Part shown: positions 9,725-18,374 of the stretch, piece by piece | Position numbering within the stretch: the stretch's first letter is position 1 | How the letters are laid out: each line of letters begins with the position of its first letter | Source: a virus | Direction: 5' to 3' (one strand) | Virus record (IMG/VR): IMGVR_UViG_3300032893_000006 | Coordinates: 32,001-96,000 of that record | DNA: 64,000 nt | Made by a program: the position numbers and the translations under genes | The notes under the pieces: model-generated | What the model was told of the DNA's origin: nothing | Database searches by the model: none | Seen by the model: only the letters and a program-made list of their open reading frames with translations

Positions 9725-9859
9725 TTACTCGTCGTCCTCGATCTCGCTGGCGTCGCAGTTGTAATCCATGCCGCAATCGCGGCAGCGAAGGTGCGCCAGT
9801 TTACCGAGAATGCCGAGCAGCGTTGCGTACAGTGATCCACATGCTGGACAAGACATCAT
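9725..9859 (-). CDS. Small zinc-ribbon protein (CPACG...CRDCG, acidic tail)
   Basis: 44 aa hand-translated, two CxxC pairs, CTCGGAGGG RBS. Confidence 0.65.
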   Translation of the reverse strand: MMSCPACGSLYATLLGILGKLAHLRCRDCGMDYNCDASEIEDDE

Positions 9860-9898
9860 GTTTTCCCTCCGAGTTGAAGTGTGGTCGTGCTGGTGCGG

Positions 9899-10123
9899 TT
9901 ATGCGCTGCGGTGCTCGTGGCGCGCGTAGACGTTGGCAGGTTCGCCTGTGAAAGTTGGAAGAGTTTGAAGGTCTGGGAAGCCAGCTTGCTGCGCTTCGAG
10001 GTTGACGATTTTCTGCGCCCTGTCAATGATCGTCATAAAATCCCGATGCGTTCTTGGGTCCATTTCTGATCGATCTGTTCTTATAGCGATGCGTGTCAGC
10101 TTGCTATACGCTTCGAGGTACAT
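9899..10123 (-). CDS. Hypothetical protein, first gene of the leftward operon
   Basis: 74 aa ORF with TCGGAGGG RBS. Confidence 0.65.
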   Translation of the reverse strand: MYLEAYSKLTRIAIRTDRSEMDPRTHRDFMTIIDRAQKIVNLEAQQAGFPDLQTLPTFTGEPANVYARHEHRSA

Positions 10124-10144
10124 TGCGATTCCCTCCGATGCTCC

Positions 10145-10455
10145 ATTAGTAGTTGCTCAGGCGCGCCGCGTGAAGGCTGGAGTTTTGCGCCCGGAGAATG
10201 CAGCGATGCATTCCCATACTCATACTCAAAATGCACTCTCAGGTACTTGTGCCATTCACCATCGGTTAGCGCGCGTCTCGCGACGTTGCCCGTTTGCGTG
10301 TCTCACGACATGAGGTGATCCGTCCGCTTCGCTGGAATAGCGTGTGCAGGGGTTTCACAGGTTTCAGCGTTGCCCGTGTTCGCTCTGAGTTTTCAATGAC
10401 CTTGAGTTGATTCCCCCTGAGGGGTTTGGGTGTCTCACGACAGCCATCAACTTAC
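10145..10455 (-). ncRNA. Candidate structured 5' leader with repeated GNRA hairpins
   Basis: UGUC-GUGA-GACA at 10431-10442 and 10299-10310, CGUC-GCGA-GACG at 10274-10285, repeated ACGGGCAACG, 9-bp hairpin near 10194-10215. Confidence 0.5.
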
Positions 10456-10462
10456 AGAGACG

Positions 10463-10513
10463 ACTCTACAGAAGATACTCTGCGCCTGTCAACAACAATT
10501 TTACGAGAGTAAA
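10463..10513 (-). promoter_or_regulatory. Main leftward early promoter with upstream inverted repeat
   Basis: TTGACA (10492-10487), 18 nt, TAGAGT; shares the upstream motif of the 2676-2702 promoter. Confidence 0.7.
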
Positions 10514-10594
10514 GAAACATCCCACGGAAGTGGTATGGAAGGGTGGTAGGTCTGAGTGGTAGGGGTGTGCGTCCGAAGTTTGGACGGGCGGGGT

Positions 10595-10831
10595 ATGATC
10601 GTGAGCATGAGCCAACCTGATTACGGCCTGCGTCTTGAACCGGGCATCTTGAATGTTGTGACGTTGCGTCTCGTTCTTGACCGCGAGCATAAACCGGAGA
10701 CGATCACGGTCGTCTGCCACACGTACTACCAAGGTTCCGGTGATGTGGAGTTGTGGAACGTTGAGGACGGTCGCCTTGTGCGTCGCGCGACGTACTATCG
10801 CGTACTCAGTTGCGAGCGAGTGGACGACTGA
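10595..10831 (+). CDS. Hypothetical protein, paralog of 11652..11855
   Basis: Shared KP..CHxY..GRLV..YxRV pattern. Confidence 0.55.
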   Translation: MIVSMSQPDYGLRLEPGILNVVTLRLVLDREHKPETITVVCHTYYQGSGDVELWNVEDGRLVRRATYYRVLSCERVDD

Positions 10832-11202
10832 TATCACTTCATCGGGTAGAGTTTCCAATGGTCGTGGCCGATACGGTTTCTCGTCGCGTAGCGCAACCAG
10901 TCTAGGCGTGGTACTCGCACAGTGCGACAAGACGTGGCGGTCGCATCTTCGGGATGATCTCCAGCCAGAACGTCGCCCCATTCGTGGTGATCTCTTCCAG
11001 TGTCTCGATCTCGCTCGTCGCCATGCTCAACCTCTGCGCTTTATGATACCCTGCGCTCATGAGTGATTCACGCGTGAAGTGCTACCAGTTGCGCCGGTAC
11101 CGTGCTCGCGATCTTTGACGTGATCTCGTTTGCCGTCTGCGCTGTCGTCGCCATCGTGATTATGTGTCTCGCGATCATTTCCAGACCTTGGACGGGTGGA
11201 CG

Positions 11203-11445
11203 ATGAAGCGCCGCAACTTTCTTCGCATGGTTGCCGGTGCCGCTGTTGCGCCAGCGCTGCCCGGTGTGGACGATCCCGTTTTTTCCCCGCTGCGCCCGGA
11301 TTCCTGTGCTGACGTTGCGCTTGCGCAACAACTGGCGATCACTCCCCGTGAAGCGCTATTCTTTTTGGGCTCCCCTGCGCTGCACGTCGTGTACCTCAAT
11401 TCTGTGACTATAGTGGTGGGCTTCAAGGGGGATAATTCCGAATGA
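11203..11445 (+). CDS. Small protein with a twin-arginine-like signal (MKRRNFL)
   Basis: RRNFL followed by an Ala-rich hydrophobic stretch. Confidence 0.5.
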   Translation: MKRRNFLRMVAGAAVAPALPGVDDPVFSPLRPDSCADVALAQQLAITPREALFFLGSPALHVVYLNSVTIVVGFKGDNSE

Positions 11446-11651
11446 CTCTTTCCCAAGCGAGACGTCATCTTTCACGCTGCGAATTCTTTCAATTGCGCCA
11501 TCGTGTTCGCTCCACTTTCCGCTGCACCGGCCTGCGCTTTCGCCTCATGGCCGAAGTTGACATCATCCTCTTCGACTTGTAACCCAAAAATCCGGTGTCT
11601 TGTGATGATCCCACCCAGTGGGCCATTCCACTCCTCGAAAGGAAACCAACC

Positions 11652-11855
11652 ATGAAACCTGAAACCATCAATCCCATCAAGCTCACCATCGACTGCGACG
11701 ACTCCAAGCCCATCGTCACCACATGCCACTTCTACACCTTCAGCCCATTGACGAAAGTTCTCGCACTCTACATCGTCATAAATGGTCGACTCGTCGAAGC
11801 TGGTTGCTATACCCGCGTCTCTCAGTACAGCGAGCACAGAACACAAGACAAGTAA
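11652..11855 (+). CDS. Hypothetical protein, paralog of 10595..10831
   Basis: AAAGGA RBS; similarity seen by eye. Confidence 0.55.
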   Translation: MKPETINPIKLTIDCDDSKPIVTTCHFYTFSPLTKVLALYIVINGRLVEAGCYTRVSQYSEHRTQDK

Positions 11856-12550
11856 CCCCACCTTACGTGCACCACGCGCGGAACCGTGCACACGCGATCC
11901 CTGCGCTTTTCTCCCCACCACTGCCCTCTGCGCAACTGCCCCGCGCTGCGCTCTCTCTTCGTGTCCACGTGCGAAACCTCCGCATCTATTTCCCACGTCG
12001 CCAGACTACAACCTCATCCCGCGCCCTCCACGCATCCCTCTCAACCCTCCCTGCACTTCATCTCTACCGCGACATCGCTTTGTGTCTCTTCCGTACTTCG
12101 CTCTCCCCGTAGTGGTGCTCTTCGATTCTTCCGCACTTCGCCAGCGTCACCGCGCGGCAGGCTAGAAACCCTTCCGGCCAGAATGAAGCGCTATCAAGCG
12201 CTATCAAGCGAAAACCGGCGCAGCATTCACGCTCGCGCATCGGTCGGCTGCGGTGCCGGTGGTGCCGTCTGGTGCCCGTTCTTGGCCCGGAATTGGCCCC
12301 CGGCGCGCCCTTGGTCCCTGTCTGCCGCCCATTCTGTAGAATCGGCGACCGGACCCCCACAAGTGCCCCACACGCGTGGATCGGTCGACCCGTTGCCCCT
12401 GTCAGATGACCCGGATGGGTGACGAAGGCGGAGCGAAAACGTTGTCCGGCCACCCCCCCACCGCCGCAGGCAGTGACGGCTTTCCGCCTTGGTCCTTTAT
12501 GCCCAAAAAAAATATAGAGCGCAGACTTTCATAGCGCATAATGAGCGCAG

Positions 12551-12566
12551 CGTTTCACGTGGAACG
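12551..12566. promoter_or_regulatory. parS: parS-type palindrome (chromosomal ParB/Spo0J consensus)
   Basis: CGTTTCACGTGGAACG matches the tGTTtCAcGTGAAACa consensus; intergenic; second copy at 58124. Confidence 0.8.
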
Positions 12567-12613
12567 TTTGTTCTTGACGCAGATGTAGTTGATTGCGATA
12601 CAGTGTAGTGATT

Positions 12614-13354
12614 ATGAATACAAATTTACCGACATCGATTCGAATTCCGAAAGTGGTGATGGAGTTGGCGCGAAAGATGGCGCAGGCTGAAGAGCGCAGT
12701 GTTTCGTACATTCTGTTGCGGTGGATTCAGGTTGGTGCTCAGAATGAGGCGCAGGGTTTGAGTTCACATTCACCGGTTGGTTCTGGCGCGGGTGCGGATG
12801 AAAAAGCGCAGAAAAGTTCGGAAGTTGTTCCGTTCTCCGGCGCGTTGGCTGGTGAAGTCGCTTCTGTCGCTTTGGTCGCGGAATCCCCCCGAGAGGGGAG
12901 CAAGACGCCCGGAGCGCAGAGTATCCCGGGTGGCCCTCGCATTCGCGTCGGCTCCAGCCTTAATGGTGGCGAGGTCTTACGCCATCAGGCGCAGACTATC
13001 TCAGGAGCCCCCGCTTCCTCCATTGAAGACTTGCGTATCGATTCCGTCATCCGCGCAATCAACGCCACACCACCTCCAGAGAACTTTCCGGGCATGTCCG
13101 GCACTCCCATTAATACGGAACCATTTCACCCTGAACCGTCTACCTGTGCGATCAAGTACACTCCCGAGCCAGCGAAGGTCACCAGTAAACTCGGCAAGGC
13201 GCAGAAAAAACCGAAACCGATTCTCCCCCCACGCTCGATTCCCGGCGTCACCACCGCTGCAGAACTTCCCACACCTCCCAAGGAAAAACACTGCCCCTCC
13301 TGCGGAGCCATCAGGGGGATGCACCAGAAAGGCTGTAAGGAGAGCCGCAAATGA
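12614..13354 (+). CDS. Ribbon-helix-helix DNA-binding protein with a long Pro-rich tail and terminal CxxC..H..C knuckle
   Basis: TSIRIPKVVMELARKMAQAEERSVSYILLRWI is Arc/CopG-like; C-terminal CPSCGAIRGMHQKGC. Confidence 0.65.
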   Translation: MNTNLPTSIRIPKVVMELARKMAQAEERSVSYILLRWIQVGAQNEAQGLSSHSPVGSGAGADEKAQKSSEVVPFSGALAGEVASVALVAESPREGSKTPGAQSIPGGPRIRVGSSLNGGEVLRHQAQTISGAPASSIEDLRIDSVIRAINATPPPENFPGMSGTPINTEPFHPEPSTCAIKYTPEPAKVTSKLGKAQKKPKPILPPRSIPGVTTAAELPTPPKEKHCPSCGAIRGMHQKGCKESRK

Positions 13355-13773
13355 AAGCGCAAGTATTTCCGATGGTGAATCCCGATGAGCAAGCGCGACG
13401 GAAGTTTGCGTCGCACGTCCAGAACGTCGCTTTCAACCTTACGCTCAGTCGAAGAATGATTGATCTTCTACAGGTCGTGCGGGACTACGGATTTCCATAT
13501 TACGTTGTAGGTTCTAAACAACAGCGAGAAGAATACGACCGCTTCAAAAGCGTGTGTGAGTACCAAAACGGCGCACACCAGTACATCAACATGGTTAACG
13601 CACTGGAGCGTCGCGGCCTCGTGATCCTCAAGCCGTTCACCAAGAAAACGAAAATCGGCGATAGGAATATTGTCCTGAGTCGTGCTGGTGAAATCGTTTG
13701 CGACATGCTTGTTGAATCGGGGCTGATGCCTTGCCGCAATGAAGCACAAACCAAAGCAGCGGGGTCCCGATGA
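13351..13773 (+). CDS. Hypothetical protein (possible winged helix)
   Basis: ATGA coupling; VNALERRGLV motif. Confidence 0.65.
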   Translation: MKAQVFPMVNPDEQARRKFASHVQNVAFNLTLSRRMIDLLQVVRDYGFPYYVVGSKQQREEYDRFKSVCEYQNGAHQYINMVNALERRGLVILKPFTKKTKIGDRNIVLSRAGEIVCDMLVESGLMPCRNEAQTKAAGSR

Positions 13774-14018
13774 GATTCGCCCGTCCCCGCAAGAGCGCCG
13801 TGCTGACGTACCTCAACGAGCAAAAGCAGAAGAAGTACGATGAGGAGCATTACAAGGACTGGCCTGCGGTCACCGGCAATGAGATCGGGAATAACTTCCG
13901 TTGTCTCTTCTGTGGCGCACCACCCGGAAAGCAGTGCATGAGAGCCGATGCAACTTTCAGAAACTACCCGCACCAGAAACGACGCGATATGGCCGCGGCC
14001 TATGAGGAGTTAAAATGA
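13770..14018 (+). CDS. Small zinc-finger protein (CLFCGAPPGKQC...H)
   Basis: Cys/His pattern; coupled start and stop. Confidence 0.6.
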   Translation: MRFARPRKSAVLTYLNEQKQKKYDEEHYKDWPAVTGNEIGNNFRCLFCGAPPGKQCMRADATFRNYPHQKRRDMAAAYEELK

Positions 14019-14395
14019 CACCGCGACAGCTTGAAATTCTTCAACACACGCTCGGCTGCGACAAGTACGGCCAGAACGCGCACCGGTATGTCCCCGCTCA
14101 CCCAGACTACTTTCCCTATCACCGCAATCACTTCTGCGCAGGCGCGTCCGATGAACCCGATTGTCGAGCCCTTGTCGAAATGGGCTTTATGCAACAGCAC
14201 CAGACGACGCAGTGGTTGCCCTACTTCAACTGCTCGGCGACCGAAGCTGGAATCAAAGCGATGCGCGAAGCGTCGCCTAAGCCACCACGCCTGACCAGAT
14301 CGCAAAAACGGTATCAGGATTTCCTCGACTGGGCTGATGCAACGAACGGCAACTTTCGGCAGTTTCTCCAGCAGATCAAGGAGCAGCGGCGATGA
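14015..14395 (+). CDS. Conserved phage hypothetical protein
   Basis: QLEILQHTLG..RNHFCAG pattern; coupled ORF. Confidence 0.7.
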   Translation: MTPRQLEILQHTLGCDKYGQNAHRYVPAHPDYFPYHRNHFCAGASDEPDCRALVEMGFMQQHQTTQWLPYFNCSATEAGIKAMREASPKPPRLTRSQKRYQDFLDWADATNGNFRQFLQQIKEQRR

Positions 14396-14817
14396 AGGGA
14401 CACATTCACATTTGCTCCTTCTCGACCGGCATCGACGAGATGAGGCGACAAGACCAGCGCGATCCTGCCAAGGTGCTGGCCGTGCTCAAAGAGAACCCAC
14501 GCTTCAGCGCCTTCGAAGCCAGCGCAAATCAGGGGATCGCACGCACCATGACGCTGCTTTTCGAGCGTGGACTCGTCAAAGACGTCGGCGGCGAATACCC
14601 ATGGACCATCGTCGAGATTCTCCCTGCAGGCGAAGAAGTTCTCGCCGGAGGCCCTATGCCACCGAAGCGTGATCCATTGGTCGATGCGGTTCGGATCAGC
14701 AAGCGTACCTACGTCAGCAAGGAAATCGCGATCAAGTACAACTTGCCCGAATACATCCCGACCGAGCGAGAAAAGAACTCGGAAATTATTCTGCCCGTAG
14801 GAAGGAAGCGCAAATGA
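14392..14817 (+). CDS. Hypothetical protein
   Basis: Coupled ORF, 141 aa. Confidence 0.65.
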   Translation: MKGHIHICSFSTGIDEMRRQDQRDPAKVLAVLKENPRFSAFEASANQGIARTMTLLFERGLVKDVGGEYPWTIVEILPAGEEVLAGGPMPPKRDPLVDAVRISKRTYVSKEIAIKYNLPEYIPTEREKNSEIILPVGRKRK

Positions 14818-15041
14818 TACGCCGAAGATGGACAGCCGCGCGAGAGAAAGGTCTGATCGACGCCCTCTGCATCGTTGCCAGAGCTTTTGTCGAACAGATG
14901 ACATGGTGGGGGCATATTCCGCTACTAGGTCTCATTGTGGTCAAACGACGCGACAAGCTTTTGCGGATCGAAAAATACCTTCAAAAACAGATAACTGAAA
15001 ATCACTACGCGAAGTATTTTCCGCAGGAAGACGACAAATGA
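14814..15041 (+). CDS. Hypothetical protein
   Basis: Coupled ORF. Confidence 0.5.
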   Translation: MIRRRWTAAREKGLIDALCIVARAFVEQMTWWGHIPLLGLIVVKRRDKLLRIEKYLQKQITENHYAKYFPQEDDK

Positions 15042-15238
15042 AACACACCAACGTGGAAGTCTTAGAGTTGATCGGACCGCTAGACGATTGGCCCAGTACA
15101 CGGTTCATCATTCGCAGCAAAGACGAGCCCGGAAACTAATTGCAGATGCTTGGATAAAGTTTAGAAGACAAAAAATGAGTGCAACAAGAATTGCGATCAT
15201 TCAACAGCAACGCAACTGATTAGTATTGAGGTGTGTCG

Positions 15239-15391
15239 ATGAAAGACTTTGATCCCAACGAGTGGCACAAGGAGAACGACAGAAAAATAGAATCCAAGAT
15301 CAATGCGGTATGGTTGCTGACTGTTTGTTTGATCCTCCAGTTGTTGAAAATCGCAGTGATCCTTGCAATGCTGGCTAAATTTTATCGGTGA
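15239..15391 (+). CDS. Single-TM small protein (MKDFDPNEWHKEND...)
   Basis: GAGGTG RBS, 50 aa hand-translated. Confidence 0.6.
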   Translation: MKDFDPNEWHKENDRKIESKINAVWLLTVCLILQLLKIAVILAMLAKFYR

Positions 15392-15403
15392 TGCGGAGGG
15401 GTT

Positions 15404-15766
15404 ATGACGGCTGAAGAGGAAGTAAGAGCCGCGTGGGTGAATGCTCATTATGACGGCCATCGCATCATCGCGGACCACTATCTATCTGGGGCGCATTGGA
15501 TTCTCTCGGGGAATATCAACTATCCATTTGACCGGTCAAACCACCAGAATGAGCAAACCGCGTGGAAAGCGGCTCTTGAATACACGCGCTCCCGGCTGGC
15601 GGAGATTGCGGAGTTGGATGAGGAGATGAGTCTGCTGGCTTATTTGGCATCTCGGTGTTCCGCTGAAAAGCCTGCGCAGGCGGCTAATCGTATCCATTCG
15701 CGCCTGCAATCCATTCGCGCCGATCTCACTCGCGGCATGAACCCCGCGCAATTCACCAGCAAGTAG
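15404..15766 (+). CDS. Hypothetical protein
   Basis: GGAGGGG RBS, 120 aa. Confidence 0.65.
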   Translation: MTAEEEVRAAWVNAHYDGHRIIADHYLSGAHWILSGNINYPFDRSNHQNEQTAWKAALEYTRSRLAEIAELDEEMSLLAYLASRCSAEKPAQAANRIHSRLQSIRADLTRGMNPAQFTSK

Positions 15767-15782
15767 CCGGAGGAGAAGGAAG

Positions 15783-16172
15783 ATGGAGCAGTTAATTTTG
15801 CATCTGTTTGGCGACTACGTGACGCAATCGGACTGGATGGCGCAGAACAAGACTAAGCGGGATTTGCCAGCCTTTACTCACGCGCTCGTCTATGCGCTAC
15901 CGTTCTTTTTGCTTACCAGAGATTCGGTACGCGGACAGATCGCGTGGGCAACCATCTTCCTGACCCATTTTGTCATTGACCGCTATCGGCTGGCGCGATA
16001 CGTGGTCTGGGCGAAGGAATGGCTATCACCGACGCGACCGTTGCCGTGGAAGGATTGCACTGGCACAGGCTACGATCCAGCGAAACCTGCATGGCTTGCG
16101 GTGTGGCTGATGATTGCGGCGGACAACACCTTACATTTGGCAATCAACTACGCAGCAATTCGCTGGCTGTGA
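15783..16172 (+). CDS. DUF3307-like membrane protein
   Basis: LHLFGDYVTQ, HALVY, THFVID, ADNTLHL motifs. Confidence 0.75.
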   Translation: MEQLILHLFGDYVTQSDWMAQNKTKRDLPAFTHALVYALPFFLLTRDSVRGQIAWATIFLTHFVIDRYRLARYVVWAKEWLSPTRPLPWKDCTGTGYDPAKPAWLAVWLMIAADNTLHLAINYAAIRWL

Positions 16173-16206
16173 GCAAGTAACCGTCAGGACGCGGAGGGAG
16201 TGGGGG

Positions 16207-17229
16207 ATGATTCATTTGCTTCAGATCGATGGCAAGATACCGAACATCGCGTTGATGCGTCTTGCCGCGCATTATCGGTCTCGGGGCGAAGAAGTGAAGT
16301 ATCACCGCGCGGATTCCTTGGAGAGCGTGAAGCGGTGGTGGTTCGGCGATACAGACAAGATTTATGCCAGCGTCATCTTCTCGCGGTCCATGCCTGTCAT
16401 TAAGGAGTTGCTAGATGGTCGGCCTGATGCAATTGTCGGCGGCACGGGATCGGACGCTCCGCCGCTGCAAATCAGCAGTCTTGAGGCTCATGGAGTGACC
16501 ACACTAGAACAGGACTACTCCATTTATCCCAAATACGACAAGAGTATCGGATTCACGCAGCGCGGGTGCAGGCTCCAGTGTTCTTTCTGTGTAGTCCCCC
16601 AAAAGGAAGGCCGGGTTCGCGGAGAACATACCGTGTCCGAAATTTGGAGGGGCGATCCATGGCCGCGCGAGCTAGTTTTGCTCGACAACGACTTCTTTGG
16701 CCAGTCCGAATGGAAGGCGCGGATACAAGAGATTAGAGATGGCAATTTCAAAGTCAGCTTCAATCAGGGCATCAACGCTCGCTGCCTTACAGATGAAGCT
16801 GCTGAGGCGATTGCATCTGTGCGCTATTACGACGATGACATGAAGACACGGCGCATCTACACCGCGTGGGACAGCAAGAAGGATGAAGACCGGCTGTTCG
16901 CAGGTCTTGAGCGGCTTGTGCGCTATGGCGTGAAGCCGGATCACATCATGGTCTACATGCTCATCGGCTACTGGCCGGGAGAAACCTCGGAGGATCGAGA
17001 ATATCGACGTCGAAGGTTGCGTGAGTTTGGAGCGCGTCCATTTCCGATGGCGTACATTGGGCCTGATACATCGCCAGACCTCGCGCTTGAGTTGCGCGGC
17101 TTCCAACGGTGGGTAATCCGCCGTGCAGATGTAGGCAAGAATCGCTGCTCGTGGGAAGAGTTCAAGGCCGCAAAGTATCGGCCAGAGCGAATTGGAATGA
17201 AGTTAACCGCACCCGTAGGTGCAGAGTAA
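16207..17229 (+). CDS. Radical SAM / Fe-S oxidoreductase-like protein
   Basis: CxxxCxxC (CRLQCSFC), N-terminal IDGKIPNIALMRL, LLDNDF, FNQGINAR. Confidence 0.8.
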   Translation: MIHLLQIDGKIPNIALMRLAAHYRSRGEEVKYHRADSLESVKRWWFGDTDKIYASVIFSRSMPVIKELLDGRPDAIVGGTGSDAPPLQISSLEAHGVTTLEQDYSIYPKYDKSIGFTQRGCRLQCSFCVVPQKEGRVRGEHTVSEIWRGDPWPRELVLLDNDFFGQSEWKARIQEIRDGNFKVSFNQGINARCLTDEAAEAIASVRYYDDDMKTRRIYTAWDSKKDEDRLFAGLERLVRYGVKPDHIMVYMLIGYWPGETSEDREYRRRRLREFGARPFPMAYIGPDTSPDLALELRGFQRWVIRRADVGKNRCSWEEFKAAKYRPERIGMKLTAPVGAE

Positions 17230-17245
17230 GCAGGGGAGGGGAACG

Positions 17246-17491
17246 GTGGCAAAGTTTAGGAAGAAGCCGGTTGTGATCGAGGCAATTCAGTACCTTGGCG
17301 ATGAAGCAACCTTAAACCAGATCATTGCAATGGGTTGTCCAAGAGTTGAGCGAGAGGATGATTGGGCAATTCCTACGCTTGAAGGGGAAATGTCTGTCTC
17401 CGTCGGCGACTGGATTATCAAGGGTGTGATGGGTGAGTTTTATCCGTGCAAGCCGGATATTTTCGCTGCGACTTATGAGCGTGCTGATTAG
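17246..17491 (+). CDS. Conserved phage protein (KFRKKPVVIEA..TLEGEM..GDWIIKG..GEFYPCKPDIF)
   Basis: Recognisable motif string. Confidence 0.8.
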   Translation: MAKFRKKPVVIEAIQYLGDEATLNQIIAMGCPRVEREDDWAIPTLEGEMSVSVGDWIIKGVMGEFYPCKPDIFAATYERAD

Positions 17492-17518
17492 CCCCTTGGG
17501 GCGGCGAGGAGGATGGGG

Positions 17519-18004
17519 ATGGAAGACGAAGACGGAATCATCATCAGCAAGATCGAAGTGAGCTTTGCTCGTCCAGTTGAGTTGACTCAGCGGGAGATGC
17601 GGACGATCCACGAGATAGTCAGCAATGCTGCGCGACGTACCGAGACGCCAGAGTTCGTTCATTGGGCATCTGGCACCGGATCAAAGCCCAACTGGAGCAA
17701 GACGGATTGCCAGATATTCGGGTTTGAGCCTACGAAGGATTCTCTGGAAAGCGGCGAGCCAACGTTCGATGATTCTGTCTACTTCATCGAAACCTCAACG
17801 CGGGAGCGCTACGACACCGAGCCGTTCAAGCCGTACCAGAAGCCGAAGACGCCAGCGGATCGATTCTGCGAATTGCTCGAAGCGATTGACCAGCGCTGCG
17901 CGGCGGCTGATGGCCCCGTCACGCCGACGATCCAAGAAGCGACCACCGATGAGCTGCGTCGGCTATACCTGTTCGCAGACCGCATCAGGAAATCAGCAAT
18001 CTAA
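17519..18004 (+). CDS. Hypothetical protein
   Basis: RBS within repeat B1. Confidence 0.7.
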   Translation: MEDEDGIIISKIEVSFARPVELTQREMRTIHEIVSNAARRTETPEFVHWASGTGSKPNWSKTDCQIFGFEPTKDSLESGEPTFDDSVYFIETSTRERYDTEPFKPYQKPKTPADRFCELLEAIDQRCAAADGPVTPTIQEATTDELRRLYLFADRIRKSAI

Positions 18005-18043
18005 CCGCACCCACGGGTGCAGAGTAAGGAGGGGAGGGGAACA

Positions 18044-18346
18044 GTGGCAAAGCAACCGATGGTTAAAGGTAATCTCTATTCCATTACATGGACTGTAACG
18101 CCACGTAGATTTTGCGAAACTTGTCGCAGTCGAACTTTAGGCGGATATACGGAGCGGAGCCGCGTGGTTGCTCTTTCGATGAAAGATGCCATAGAGGTTA
18201 CTCGACCTCACGGATATTATCCCGACGCCGAACCTCTCGAAGCAAGGCTCTTGATAGCTGACTTCGCGGTGATCGTTGCTCCAAAGGCTGCGTGGGACGT
18301 GGCTAACAATCAGCCTTACAAGGATGTTGACTTGGAGTCTATTTAG
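18044..18346 (+). CDS. Hypothetical protein with CxxC
   Basis: RBS within repeat A2. Confidence 0.65.
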   Translation: MAKQPMVKGNLYSITWTVTPRRFCETCRSRTLGGYTERSRVVALSMKDAIEVTRPHGYYPDAEPLEARLLIADFAVIVAPKAAWDVANNQPYKDVDLESI

Positions 18347-18374
18347 CCCCCTTGGGGCGGCGAGGAGGATGGGG

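Larger units (their letters stand above)
17204..18052 (+). repeat. Repeat A: 51-bp direct repeats at 17204-17254 and 18002-18052
   Basis: 46/51 identical; GCACC-N4-GGTGC hairpin with variable loop, then RBS and GTG start. Confidence 0.9.

Noticed and set aside
3648-11194. 15-bp exact repeat TCCAGACCTTGGACG at 3648 and 11180
   Set aside because: About 2-4 such 15-mer matches are expected by chance in 64 kb, and the two contexts differ.
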